A stretch of 64,000 bases of DNA. Source: Basidiobolus meristosporus CBS 931.73. Its lineage: Eukaryota > Fungi > Basidiobolomycota. The stretch is from the NCBI GenBank assembly GCA_002104905.1, contig MCFE01000015.1:186001-250000 (forward strand). The letters are read 5' to 3'. How positions within the stretch are numbered: the first letter of the stretch is position 1; the number at the start of each line of letters is the position of its first letter. Shown here one piece after another: positions 14,228 through 26,036 of the stretch. The notes below the pieces were generated by a model. That model worked only from the letters and a program-made list of their open reading frames with translations. It was not told where the DNA came from and did no database searches. Both the position numbers and the translations under genes were made by a program.

Positions 14228-15059
14228 ATGTCGCTTCCCATATTCCGCCTTCGTCAAACACAGACACATGTGACTATTTTGGTTGAAGTCCCACTGATAC
14301 AGGAAGCTTCGGTTCAAATAAGAAACGACAGGAACTCGGTAAGTCCTTCCTCGATGACCAGTCTTCATAAAGGCAACACTAACTCGACCAAGCTTACTCT
14401 AACCTTTACTGATGCTGAAGAGCAAGAATACGAACTCCCTTTGGATTTCGAACAAGAGATAGATCCCTCTGGAATCAAGACAAGCGTTTGCGAGACCAAC
14501 CTTGTCTTACTATTCCATAAGCAACTTCCCGGCGAGTGGAAGTCGGTGTACGTGAGGGAGAGTGGCGAGAAGCATTTCTTGACCGAAGCGCGTATAAGAC
14601 AATTGGTTGCTCACGGCGAACAGGAGTGCCCTTGGGTAGGTTGAAAAAAAGCCGTGGTATCAATTAAATGGGATTTCTAATCTATGAATTGGGTTTGATC
14701 CCGTTAGTCCAAATCGGACGTACATATCACCGCTGTGGAGGTGGATAGGAAGAATCCCAGTGAATCACTGGAGTTTGAAGTCCGTTTTTAATCGATTCAT
14801 CACAGCAGCCACTGGTCTATGGTCGCTGCATGGGTCGAGGGTTGGACAAAGCCCACCACATGTACCATTATATCATAGAAGTTGGAATAAAGAATCAGTC
14901 TGTGGCACTGTTACTACGAAGGCTGTGGGGTTGATTGATTCGAGAGAAACCCTGGTGCAGGATGATGATGCGTTCGTCAGAAGTTATACTGTTCAGCTTG
15001 CAGACGCACTTGTCACTTTATCCGTGGGGCTTGCGGAAATGAGGTGCACTTGTTTGTAA
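14228..15059 (+). CDS. CS/p23-like domain protein resembling the C-terminal domain of Kintoun/DNAAF2, no PIH1 domain
   Basis: ATG at 14228; introns at 14339 (GTAAGT) and 14637 (GTAGGT). PIFRLRQTQTHVTILVEVPLIQEASVQ...YELPLDF...SVCETNLVLLFHK...GEWKSVY...EKHFLTE aligns by eye with DNAAF2 as I recall it (PLLCNQDKETLTLLIQVPRIQPQSLQ...YSFFLQF...SISSNNAVIELAK...GHWREWY...EERLFVNE). Confidence 0.6.
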
Positions 15060-15070
15060 CTGTATCATGG

Positions 15071-15097
15071 CTTGGTCAGCCACACTTGGTCAGCCAC
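15071..15097 (+). repeat. Direct repeat CTTGGTCAGCCAC x2
   Basis: Identical 13-mers at 15071-15083 and 15085-15097. Confidence 0.85.
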
Positions 15098-15351
15098 CAT
15101 TCTCCTGCGATGATCACATAAACTTGATACTCCGTGATATCAGCGCTGATGGGCAAACAAGCAGCCATCCCAAACTGCTACCCCAACCCAGCATCCCTAA
15201 ACGGTGGTAAGGGTTCAAGATAGAACTGCATACGATCTCATGTTAGAAAAACACATCGACCAACCACGTCGCTACGAACCGTAACGGCTAATTGCAATTA
15301 CATGGCATGGCATACACCTGGCAACAAAGCATCATCAATTTGTACGAGTCC

Positions 15352-15444
15352 CTACTCTTAATTGGCAATGTATGAATAACAAGTTCTGGTCTCGTTTCTA
15401 CTCTTAATTGGCAATGTATTGATAGCAGGTTATAGACTCGTTTC
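15352..15444 (+). repeat. 46-bp-period tandem duplication, each copy carrying a CCAAT box (ATTGG), upstream of the cyclin
   Basis: CTACTCTTAATTGGCAATGTAT at 15352 and 15398, each followed by CTCGTTTC. Confidence 0.8.
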
Positions 15445-15651
15445 AGATCGTCTGGATTGAGGAGAGGAAATATATGTTGAGTTGGGCATGTTGATTCTAT
15501 ATTGACCGGCTCTGCAGTGTTTCTATTCTGTTTCTATTCCATTTATTTATACGGATCTGGTCGCTTTGTCGTGAGCATATATATTGCAGCGGTTGGATGG
15601 CCAGTGGTTCTTAGCCGTGTCTTCATTCTAATCTTGGAGGCATCTCAGCTC

Positions 15652-16464
15652 ATGTTCGCGCCTTCCTTTAACCATCTCTTTGCCGCTTCATCGCTACATC
15701 CATCCTGGCCTTATTACTCACCCACCCTCTCTCATTCACTTGCCTTCCCCACGAGCCAATATTCAATATCCAATGCATCAAGCCCCACCTACCACCCATC
15801 TGCATTCACTTCCAGCCAAATGATAGGCCTTGACCTCAGTCAACTGGCTCACTTCTGCGCGGACATGGTGTGCTCGATATGGCATTTCAACTCTGGCCTG
15901 CTGGAGAAGCCCGCAGAGCCAGCGTTCCGTAATTTCTGCTATCAAGTGCTATCAACCTCCCAAGTCTCCGTCCCCGTAATCCTCCTCGCCCTGGTCTATA
16001 TTCAGCGGTTCAAGAGCTCCAGCCCTTGCACCATGGGTGCCGACAGCTCGGAGGGCAGGTTGTTTGCGGTCGCGCTGATGCTAGCCAACAAGTTCCTAGA
16101 CGATGGCCCTTTCACTAATCGTACGTGGTCTGAAGTGACTGGGATACCTCTTTCCGAAATCAACATCATGGAAAGAGAGTTCTTGACCATCCTCTCATTC
16201 GATCTCAACATGTCACACAGAGAGTTTAGGAGTTGGTCAAAGTGTTTGATAGATCATCTGGTGTACCAGGGCACTCTACTCCGATCTGTGGTGAGTACCG
16301 AGAGCTCAGCCACACTATCATATGATTACAGCTACGGCCAGAGCTTCTACTGGTCATATTGGTACCCTTTCATGGCCAATATCCATCAATCGCATTATTT
16401 TCCTAATCCCTCGCCTTGTAAGTATACCTTCCCTTTTTTTGCCTACTGTCCTATGTCGGCTTAA
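15652..16464 (+). CDS. Pho80/Pcl-family cyclin
   Basis: VPVILLALVYIQR...RLFAVALMLANKFLDDGPFTNRTWSEVTGIPLSEINIMEREFL is a Pcl-type cyclin box. First ATG at 15652; the ORF-track start is TTG. The 3' end could be spliced. Confidence 0.88.
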   Translation: MFAPSFNHLFAASSLHPSWPYYSPTLSHSLAFPTSQYSISNASSPTYHPSAFTSSQMIGLDLSQLAHFCADMVCSIWHFNSGLLEKPAEPAFRNFCYQVLSTSQVSVPVILLALVYIQRFKSSSPCTMGADSSEGRLFAVALMLANKFLDDGPFTNRTWSEVTGIPLSEINIMEREFLTILSFDLNMSHREFRSWSKCLIDHLVYQGTLLRSVVSTESSATLSYDYSYGQSFYWSYWYPFMANIHQSHYFPNPSPCKYTFPFFAYCPMSA

Positions 16465-17198
16465 CCTCACCGACATCCACTCATTGCATCTCTGTTTTGT
16501 GTCTTTATCATGATTTCTGCCAGTCTTTAACCTCTCCCATTAAGATCTATCGTTTTTGCCTATCTGTACTAGTGTTAGATATATGCTTCAGCTTATCCTT
16601 ATTCTGCATAAACCCCTCCCGAAACAACCCAAGCCACTGGTACACTATCTCAGAACAGCATGCCCACCTCTGTCACACCCCCTATGCCGCCTATGTTGTA
16701 TTTGTGTCATCCTATTGTGTATATACATCCCTTGTTTAGAAAGGTACTCTTCCCACAACCTTCTCTCCAGAATCCGAGTGGCCTGGTAGCGTCCGATACA
16801 GGTTGTGAAGTAGCTTCCGCTGTCGCAACCTGGGTTCAATACGACAGGAAATAACCGCCCGCTTGAATAGTGCCCACTCAGTCGACCAGCAGTGATACGA
16901 TTATTCAACGCAATCTCAGCATCATTTATGTTCCTTTGTATTGGGAAACAAATGTAGAGCAGATGAATATCTTACCCATGAATACTAATCGATTATTTAC
17001 TATTCTTCAGACTTCCTATCCTACGTTGTATTGCTACAAAATATCACCAATTAAATATTGTCCCTATCCACTTCCCGCATAGCCACCTTGCCAGTGTTGA
17101 GATCTTGCTCGTATCAAGCCAGTAGAAACTGGTTGGTGATCAAAGCAGCGGCGGTCGCAGCGGCGGCCATTCGCTTCGTAGATCCTGCGTGGAATTTG

Positions 17199-17315
17199 CA
17201 TGTGAAGGTGATCCTTATATTGTGCACTTCATCCTAGGGATCCATTGAAAGGGATTCACCTGGACTGACTACTCTACCCACGTATAAATAATACCATGGA
17301 GAGGATTCACGTGAA
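17199..17315. promoter_or_regulatory. E-box / ICRE-like sites upstream of the bHLH gene
   Basis: CATGTGAA at 17199-17206, perfect palindrome TTCACGTGAA at 17306-17315, TATAAATA at 17283. Confidence 0.4.
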
Positions 17316-17540
17316 ACAGAGGCCATTCGATGATACCAATTTAGATCCGATACGTAGCGACATCCCCGTGGCTTTTGTGTCAAGTTGAGCATCGCCTCGT
17401 TGAACATAGCAGTCCTTTGAGAGCCATCCAAATACACTTTGCGTTCTCCTACGTAGGCAGCCAGAAAGTGGCCAATTTTGTACGGGATCCCCACAGGGCA
17501 CTTTTCCACACCTCGCTAAGACCTTACCTTTGCTAGGCTC

Positions 17541-18724
17541 ATGCATCGTGGGGATGTTTCCAAGAAGGCCCCGATCGCACGAGAAACGCTGGACAGCGTG
17601 TCAGTCCAAGGTCAGTCCTCGCTTCCCAACGAGTTCCAGGGCCAAAACCCCCTCTGACCTCAACCCACGTATTCACGCTCGTCTCGTCATTCGGTTTTTC
17701 TAGATACCCCTCCACCCGACACCACTTTCCAAGAACCCAGCCACCAAGCCACCCCGCTGTTGGACAAGCAGGAGCAGAAAACGTTCGAGGATTTTCTGAA
17801 GCAATTCGAAGGCTCCAACGAAGATCTCTTCAAACAGCAGCTTACCAGAGTGCCCCTTCCTGATAAGGCGGCGGCAGACGCAGGTATCGTTCGTGTGCTG
17901 ATATCCTCACGTGGATGAAACCAACACGTTTAACCAACGGTCTGATTACAGCACACGGCGGCCCAGACCAACTGGACGCTTACCATCTCACCGAGCCTCG
18001 GCCCACGATGGACACTCCCTCAAGCGAATCCAAAGGTACCTTAACGCTCGACCCAATGGATCACCAGGGAAATTGCCACCACTCTCACCCATATCACCAA
18101 ACTCAACCTATCCCCCCGTTAGATCAACCAAACACCAAGGCGAAAACAAAGGACCCGGGAGCCAGCCGATCCCGGAAACGCAAGAGCACCACGAACAACG
18201 GGGAAGGGGCAACCAAGGCGGATCCGAAGACCCCGGGACGAGGGAAGAAGGGGGCCCAGGAGCTCCTCACGGAGGAAGAGAAGAAAGCGAACCACATCGC
18301 GTCCGAGCAGAAACGAAGGCAGAACATACGTCTGGGCTTTGAGCAGTTGGTGGAGATCGTTCCCACCCTCTCGCAGTGCCATCGAAGCGAGTCGGCGATC
18401 CTGCAAAAATGTGAGTAGATCCTGGCCGTCGGTCTCGTGATTCCCACCCACCCATCCACCCACCATCCTAAAACTTATCAAGCTGTAGAATACATCAAGC
18501 AGCTGCTCTCGCAGAAGCAGGAGCTTCAACAGCGCATCCAGGAATTGGCCAACTCGCTGGGCGAATCGTAAGTACCGCTGGGGAACCCTTTTTTCGTCGC
18601 ACCCCCGACTGACCCACTCTTCCATTTAGGCTGGATGACTCATCGGTAAGTCAACCATGTGAAAAGGAGGATCGTCTCGTGAATAACCATCTCTCTGGTA
18701 TAGTCGTCGGACGACAACACATAA
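17541..18724 (+). CDS. bHLH transcription factor (Ino4/Mlx-like), multi-exon
   Basis: Spliced: MHRGDVSKKAP...LLTEEEKKANHIASEQKRRQNIRLGFEQLVEIVPTLSQCHRSESAILQK|SVEYIKQLLSQKQELQQRIQEL, a basic-HLH-zipper. Five GT-AG introns. Confidence 0.85.
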
Positions 18725-18859
18725 TGCACAAGACACATCATCGAAGCTACACTATTCCTTTGATTTAATTGATATGCAGATTAAACAAACAGGAACGGGA
18801 ACGGGAACGGAAACGGGGGCTGGGGAAGGCCGGGCAAATCGTATCTCGGGGATGGTGGC

Positions 18860-21800
18860 CTAGCGAGCAGCCTCGCTCGGGAATACATCCTCGATCATGA
18901 AGTCGTCCACCGCCGCCTTGGCGAATTTGATCCGCGCCGGGTTCGCTTCGGAAAGTTGTTCGCATATCAATTTCGTGTTGTCAGAGGGAGTCAAGGCCAA
19001 CGTGATGGAATTTCCGGAAACCTCCAGGAACCTCGTAAGATATTTCTCAAATGCACCTCTCAGATCCACCTTATCCACCGAATACAAGTATCTTCGGAAG
19101 TACTTCTCTTGTGTCTCAAGCGAGCCGAACCCCTAGCATAGCGAAGTAAAGAAAAAGTAAATGAAACCGTTAGCGTTAGACCTCTCCCAGAGAATTGTAC
19201 ACAACCAAAAAATAAACCAGCGACAATTTACCTTTAGACAACATCCTAATGCTGCCCCGATCACCCCTCCAGCGGTGGCACCCTCCATGCAGCTTCGATA
19301 GGCGATGCCCGCGCGAGCGGTGTCGAGCTCGAAGTCCCCTACCAGCTTGTCCCACTCGGATGCGTCCTCCTTCATGTTCTTCAGCAGCTCCCAGAAGCTC
19401 TGGACGGCCTTGATAGGGTCGGCAGCATCTCTGATCTCGAACACCATCTGTCCGGTCCAGGCGTACACACACAGTGAGGCATCGTAAGCATATCCGTTAC
19501 CTCGGATCAAAGTGTAGAGTGGCCCCTCTGCGCGAGAGAATATCTCGCATAGCAGTATGGTGGCGAAGTACTCTTTCGCCAGGGCCTCGTTGTTCAAATC
19601 GATGTGGGCATGAAGGATGTCACATGGGACCACAGAGAGTAGGAAGGAGGAGGTGATGGAGCTCATGGGCAGCACCAACCCAATTGGCTTGCTGTTCTGG
19701 GCCTTGTACGGGGAGCGGGGGAACGGGAAAGTCTTCAAGTCCACGCACCTATCGGTGCTGTAATTTGCGATTTGCCCTTCGGGACGGTTGGGGTTGTGGA
19801 ATGCAAGGTACTTCGCGTAATTGCTATCCCACACCCTCAACAGCTCGTCGGCTGCAGAGAGGGTCGTCCCGCTTGGAGAGAAGTCGAATGGAGTGCTGAT
19901 CTGCAAAAAGCCAGCTATCAGTTGGGGGTCCTCTTTGGATGCTTTCGCGAGTATCTGTTGAATCGACATCAGGAGAGACGCCTGGATGGACTGAAGGCAG
20001 TCAATGATCTCCTCGGCCTCATTGCTCTCCGACTCCTCCAACTTGTAGATGACCGACTTCAAAAATGCCTCTTGACGGAATATGCTGATGGGGATGTCGT
20101 TGCTGATATCCTTGGTGGCGGCATTGCTAGCCTTACCAAAGTCCCATTGTGTGTTCGACTCGCTGGGTCGTAACGCGGAGGTGATTCGGGTGGTTAGTGC
20201 GGCCATCATATCACCTCCTTCCCGCTTAAGCTCCACCAATTCGCTTAGCAAATTCTTGGCTACAATCAGAATACGTTCTCTTGTGAACGAGGCAAACATC
20301 AAGATACGTGTCAGGAGTTCGCACAGCTTCGAGAATTTCGCCGGCTCCGAGGAGGCAGCCAGGACAAACACCTCCGACATCCAACTGCATGCGAAGGTGT
20401 CGTTTCCGAAGCCTACCGCGCATTCGTGGGACACCAGGTCTCGGGAAATCTCGTTCACCAGATCGCGGTAGTCCATCTTCTCGGTCTTCACGAGCGTCGA
20501 TTCCTTATCAACAACCGGCACAATGACGTCAGTCTGGCTCAGAAGCTCCTGGAAGAGGACCAGGTAAGGCCTCACATTCTCGTCCAGGAATTGGGTTGGG
20601 AAGCAGAATTTGACGTGGGTGAAGTAGGTGTCAGTCTCTACCAGCTGGATGGTTTTGAATGGCCTCATCGAGAAATCGGCATTGGAGCTAAGATCAAGGT
20701 TGGTCAATTTCGAAGGAAGCTTCGAGACGGTGTTGAGGGTGGGTATGGCCGGCATAGATCTCAGAACCTCCGATGGAATTCGGATGGTGTTGGCGTCCAC
20801 GGCTTTGTTGACAATCTCTGCTTGGAGCGCGAGGCCATCCGGGCCCAATTCCTCGCATCGAGCTTCCTGGGCAGCGGACTTCTGTGCATCCAACTGAGGA
20901 CCGAGCTCAGTATCCGGAATCATCTTGATCTCCACCACCGGCTGATCCAAAAACCACGTCTTTAGTAAATCCTGCCAAAACTGCTCCGACTTGAGCTCCA
21001 GCTCATCTAGAATCTGGAAAATCTTGGAGCGCGTCCCAATCTTGGGGGAATGGACGGAGGTGCTGGAATAATGAGAGGCCAGCACATCCAGCAGCAGGTA
21101 GGAAGCAATCACCTCGTGTGGATCTTCCTCCAATGCTTCCAGAATCTTGATGCGGTGTCTTTTGACGGCGTTTCGCATTTGCTCGAAATCAAGGAACCCG
21201 TTGTTGACTATATCCGAGAACACCTCTCTGAGCTCTGAGTAGTAAGCATTGGGCTCAAACAACGGAGGGACGGGGTTCTCGGAAGGGTCGTCGGCGAAGT
21301 CATCTTCCATGGTCTCATCATCGACATCCGAGTGAGCTGACTCTTCATCCGAGTGTTGTCGTTTCTTACCTCGCAACTCGTCCTCGCCTTCCGACTCTTC
21401 ATCGCTCATGTCCTCGTCGTCCTCATCGTCTTGTGATTGATTATACGGCACACCGCTGAATACAAGCAAGAGTGAAGTGTATGTGTATGCCTTCACCTCA
21501 AAGTCGATCTGATTCGCGTAGGGCTCGGGACGCTCCACGAATCGTTGGGAAAGTGGCGCGGCAGACGTTTCGTGAAGATATCTGAATAGAACTTCGATCG
21601 CCACGATGTTGAACACATCTTCAACCGGGGGTCCACGCCAGCCTAGAGAATACCTGACGTTAGCAAAGGGTGAAATCAGCTCTCGTACCGGTTGATGCGT
21701 TACCGTATCCGATGGAGCCCACATCGTCATCATTCGAGGGGAATGGCACCACTTTGGTGAGGATCACTTCGCCATCGGGAAGGGAAAATGTTGGCGGCTC

Positions 21801-22636
21801 GAAGACCAGCTCCTTTTCTTTGCATCCGGCACCGAAATTGGTTTTCTCAAGGGTGTCGGGGTGCTCGTTTAGCTTGTTGAACAGTTTTTCCATGTCGATA
21901 TTATCTCCAGCCAATATCAAGGTAATATTATCTGGATGATAGAACCGCTTATGATACTCGATGATCTCCTCGTTGGTCAATGTAGCGATATCTGGCGTCA
22001 GGCCACCACATTCGTGCGAGTATGTGGTCATGCCTCTGTAGAGTTCTTTCCGCAAATGGAAGTCCAGCAGATCTGCTTCGCTATGCTCTCTAGAAGCCAT
22101 CTCACTGTACACGACTCCTTGCTCCTTGCCTTGTCCATCAACATGGTACACTTCCGTAACAAACTGCTCGTCTCTTAATGTTGGATGAAGTACGTGATCA
22201 AGAAAGACGGGCAAGGTGTTGATCATTCCCTCTGCTCCTGCGGTAGCCAACGTATACGCAGTATGATCTTCGGTGGTGTACGCGTTTGTTCCAGTGGATA
22301 GAGATCTATTTGCCAAAGAATCTAAATATCCACGCAAAGGAAATTCCTTGGAGCCGCAGAAAATTACTAATTGACGAAATATGTTAGCAAGTTTTTCTGA
22401 TTATGAAAAGCGAAAGGGACTTCAAACGAAAGTTTACAATGTTCCAAGGTGTGCGGTAAGCCTTTGTCGTTATCTGCAATGGTTGGCACAATGATACTCG
22501 CATAACAAAGGGGTCCGGGAACATTGATGTTAATTATGCGGAAGCCCGAACTTGAAGGTTTGTATACTTGTAAACCCACTTTTCCATTTGGTGACCGAAA
22601 GTCAATATCCTCCACTAAAGAAAACGTGTGCACCAT
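18860..22636 (-). CDS. Peptidase M16 family zinc metalloprotease (yeast YOL098C-like), multi-exon
   Basis: DKGLPHTLEH|LIFCGS (HxxEH), GTNAYTTEDHTAY, GVVYSEM (distal Glu), ECGG. Probable ATG at 22636; an in-frame upstream ATG exists at 22741. Confidence 0.88.
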
Positions 22637-22868
22637 TTGATAACTCTCCAGTAAGGCTAAGGAAGGGATCAACTGAATATACCAATATATACAACAAATC
22701 TTTGATTCTAAATGATCTAGTAGCCTTATGGTGCCGGCCATTTCTATAAATTAAACATCAAAAAATATATTTATTAAGATATAATCGATACAAAATCACC
22801 AGTATGTAGACATTGGTAAGGTTCACCCAAAATTGTGCACTGGTAGTAAGTTAGGGATATTGGTGATT

Positions 22869-25633
22869 AGATACTTGGTCCGGTTGGCGTATTCACTTTC
22901 ATTACCACTACCACAAGCTCAGTCGCCTTTCTCTAAACCACCATATCACATCATATCACATCCCCTCCCTCCTTCCTCTGCTCCTACTCTCATGGATCCT
23001 CCAGTCTCTTCATCATAGTCTAAAATACCCGTACATGCATCGGTCTTAGGAATTAGGAACTCTTGAAACCTCTTCACAAAAGAAAAATAGACAGTGTAGA
23101 ACTACAAAGATTCGGTCAGTCTTGATGTCTCCGTATCGTACAGACTCTTAAAACGGCCTCATTGCCAGGTTGTCGTATGTGTGTGCATGAGTAAATGTGT
23201 GCGTATGTGTGTGTGTGTGTGTGTGTGCGTGAGTGGGTGTATATATATGTGGGCGTGTGAGTGTAGACGTGTATGGGTGGCTGGGCGTTCGTTTACTTGT
23301 TCGTGTGCGAGGGTGGTTGACTGATATGAGTACAATACAGTTTGATGGTTTCTTGTGATCATTCCCTACTGAGTCTGGCTCTGCTCTACTCCGCTCCTCG
23401 TCTGCCTTCTCTTCTTCCTCTTCCTCTTCCTCCTGCTCCTTACTCGCTTGACAGACTCACTCCCTAGTCCACCCGTGAGAAGTGAGATTGGCAGTGCACC
23501 AGCTCCAGTAGAGAAATCTCTCAATCTCTCCATCAACCAGAAAATTTGCTTGTAAATCTATCTACATGAAATCACCAAAAACTGTCACGCCAAGGCCATC
23601 ACTACATCGAATACACAAATAGTCAGTCAGTCAGTCAGTCAGTCAGTTAGTAATCAGCTCGTCATTGCTCCCTCCCTCCCCCACTCACTTGTTCATTCGT
23701 CCATTCATTCAATCAATCTGTACTTACCACTCTTCCCGTGCTCCGGGCCTTCCCTTCCTCACCACACTTTAGTGCTGTTGGTACTCTCCCGGCTGCCCAG
23801 ATCCCATCATGAACGACTCTTGGCTTGGAAAGTTGTTGTCCATGCTTGCACTCGACATCATGGACATCCCTCCAACCGCGTTTGGTGGGAGACTCGAGCC
23901 ACTCATGTCTCCTTGCTGAAACCCGCCTGCTGTCCCACGCTGCCCAAACATCGACTCTTGCCCAAAATTAGAGTAGCTCATCTCCTGTGCCTACAAAAAT
24001 AAAACCCATTCATACCAGTGGTTAGTTTTTTCCATTCTCTCTCTCTCCCTCTCTCTCTCATCTCTCTATCCAGCCCACTTTACCTGATTGATTGTAGCCA
24101 TCGGTGCAAACCGTTGTCCTCGACCACCGCGTGCGTACTCCTCTCCACTCTCATATGGATGGGCAGAGTTGCCCTCCCCATACCCGAGCCCCATGTTGCC
24201 GCCGCTCTCCGTCATCCCATAGCTTCCCCCGAGGATCCCTGCTTTCGAATCTCGGCCAAACGGTGACTGTCCTTGTGCTTCAGGATTCAGTCCGCTGTTC
24301 AGTAGAAGCTGTGTCCCTGAGTATTGATCATTCCCCGATGAATACAGGTCTCCGGGGAATCCATGTGGCTGCTGCTGCTGCTGCTGCTGTTGTTGTTGTT
24401 GCTGTTGTTGCTGCTGTCGTAGATTGATATCCGCCAAGGAATGTCTTCGTGGCTGATTGTATGGCATTGTGTATGGGTCTGCCAGCGAGTGTCTACGTAG
24501 GTACAGGTGTCTGCGCTGTGGTGCTGGGTGATGCGAGCCAGGTGGGGGTGCTACAAAATCAAAAATACCCTTGGTTACCATTCTGTTCGCTTACTCCTTC
24601 TCACCCCTACTCTACTCCCTGCTTCTGCCTCTGTTTCTGCTAGGTGCCATTGGTCATGTACTGCATGGCAATGTCACCCCTCGTCCTCATCATCCCACCG
24701 ACCACGAATCGTGTGCTGAAAATACTTACTGTTGTATCCTGTCTGCATTGCCATCGGACCGCTCGTGTGAGGGCTGGCTTGGCCGGGATCTCCCATGCCT
24801 GCCGCACTCTGTCCAAAGTTCATTCCTCCTTGGCTGCTTGCCGATGCTAGTGTCTGGTTCGCCATCGACCCCAGGTCTTGCGAGTAGAATCGTGGTCGAC
24901 TGAACTGCGCGTTGTACCCTACATGTCGTGTCAATTGGTTTGTCTCTCGTTAGTCACCGCTCTCAAACCACCCTCCCCGCCCCACTCTACTCTACTCTAC
25001 TCCACTCTCTACGCTACTCTATCCCCCCACCCGTCATTGTCACTCTGTATACTGACCTTGCTGATTGTACTGCGAGTTGGGTGGATATGCTCCATTGAAC
25101 GCATCCATGTTCACACTGACCGTGCTGCTATAGCTGGCTGTCTGCTCAAAAATAAGTCATCATTGTTAGCAAGTCCACTCTCTTTGTTTGTCATGGCTGT
25201 CTCTATCACCATCACCATCACCATCACCGTCACCATCACTCTCGCCACACATCTCTCTCATAGGTCTACTCACATATTTTCCAATGATCTTCTTCAGTGC
25301 ATATGGAAGCACCTTCCAGGGGAACACCTTCACGTCTTTCTCAATGTTTCTGGGCTTCGGGTTGGGGAATGACATGATCAGCTTGAAAAACTCGGCCGAT
25401 TCCGGCTTGCACTTGGATACTGTCAATGGTCGGAATCCCTCCAGGTTTCTGCGGATCCGGTTCTTCTCTTCCACCGTGAATCGAACCGCAATCAACGACT
25501 CGAGCAAGTAGATACAGTCAACGCTGGTGATGAAATAGTCGTTTTTCTCCTCCCAGTATATGCAGGATACCACGATACTGTTCGGGCCTCGCTCCGCGGG
25601 TGCCACGGGTTGAAAACCGCAGTGAATAACGTT
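22869..25633. repeat. Near-identical duplicated tract, copy 1 (partner 28352-31129)
   Basis: Base-for-base match over ~2.77 kb, including introns and 3' flank. Visible differences are concentrated in microsatellites ((GT)n, (AGTC)n, CAG/CAA). Confidence 0.95.
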
Positions 25634-26036
25634 GTTTTCGTGTTGACGCCAAAACTGGACGAGTCTTCGTTTTGCCTCTTTTTCCTCCTCAGTCCTTACG
25701 TGAAAATGTCAGCATTTGACTTCTATTGCAATAAATGGTCACATACCAATTCAGGGTCATCTCTTCAATTACTCCAGTCAAGTTTAAAGAGGCTTTGTTT
25801 AGCAATGAAGCGTAGGCGTTATATGCCGCCATAGGCACAGGCCCTACTGGCCCAGCAGGTGGCGTATTGAAGTTTGCTATACGACCGGAGGGATAATAGT
25901 TGGGCTGTTGCTGTGATAGTTGGTTGTCGGTGACTGCTATCGAGTTTTGTGTTTCCAGATCTGCCTCTTGATCATTCAATGGTGGCGATTCGTAGAACGG
26001 TTTCATAGTTAGCTGTGTGTTCGAAGGAGAAATCAT
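23769..26036 (-). CDS. Medusa (MedA/Acon-3-like, DUF7082) developmental transcriptional regulator, copy 1, multi-exon
   Basis: RRLVQFWRQ...SIVVSCIYW...ITSVDCIYLLE...FTVEEKNRIRRNLEGFRPLTVSK...PKPRNIEKDVKVFPWKVLPYALKKIIGKY|TASY is the MedA conserved domain. PolyQ C-terminal part. Confidence 0.88.

Noticed and set aside
17234-17509. ORF with KIGHFL as ribosomal protein uS19
   Set aside because: GTG start, no other S19 motifs, and it lies in the bHLH promoter.
23159-23362. His/Thr-rich ORFs (also 28599-28850)
   Set aside because: Translation of (CA)n microsatellites downstream of MedA.
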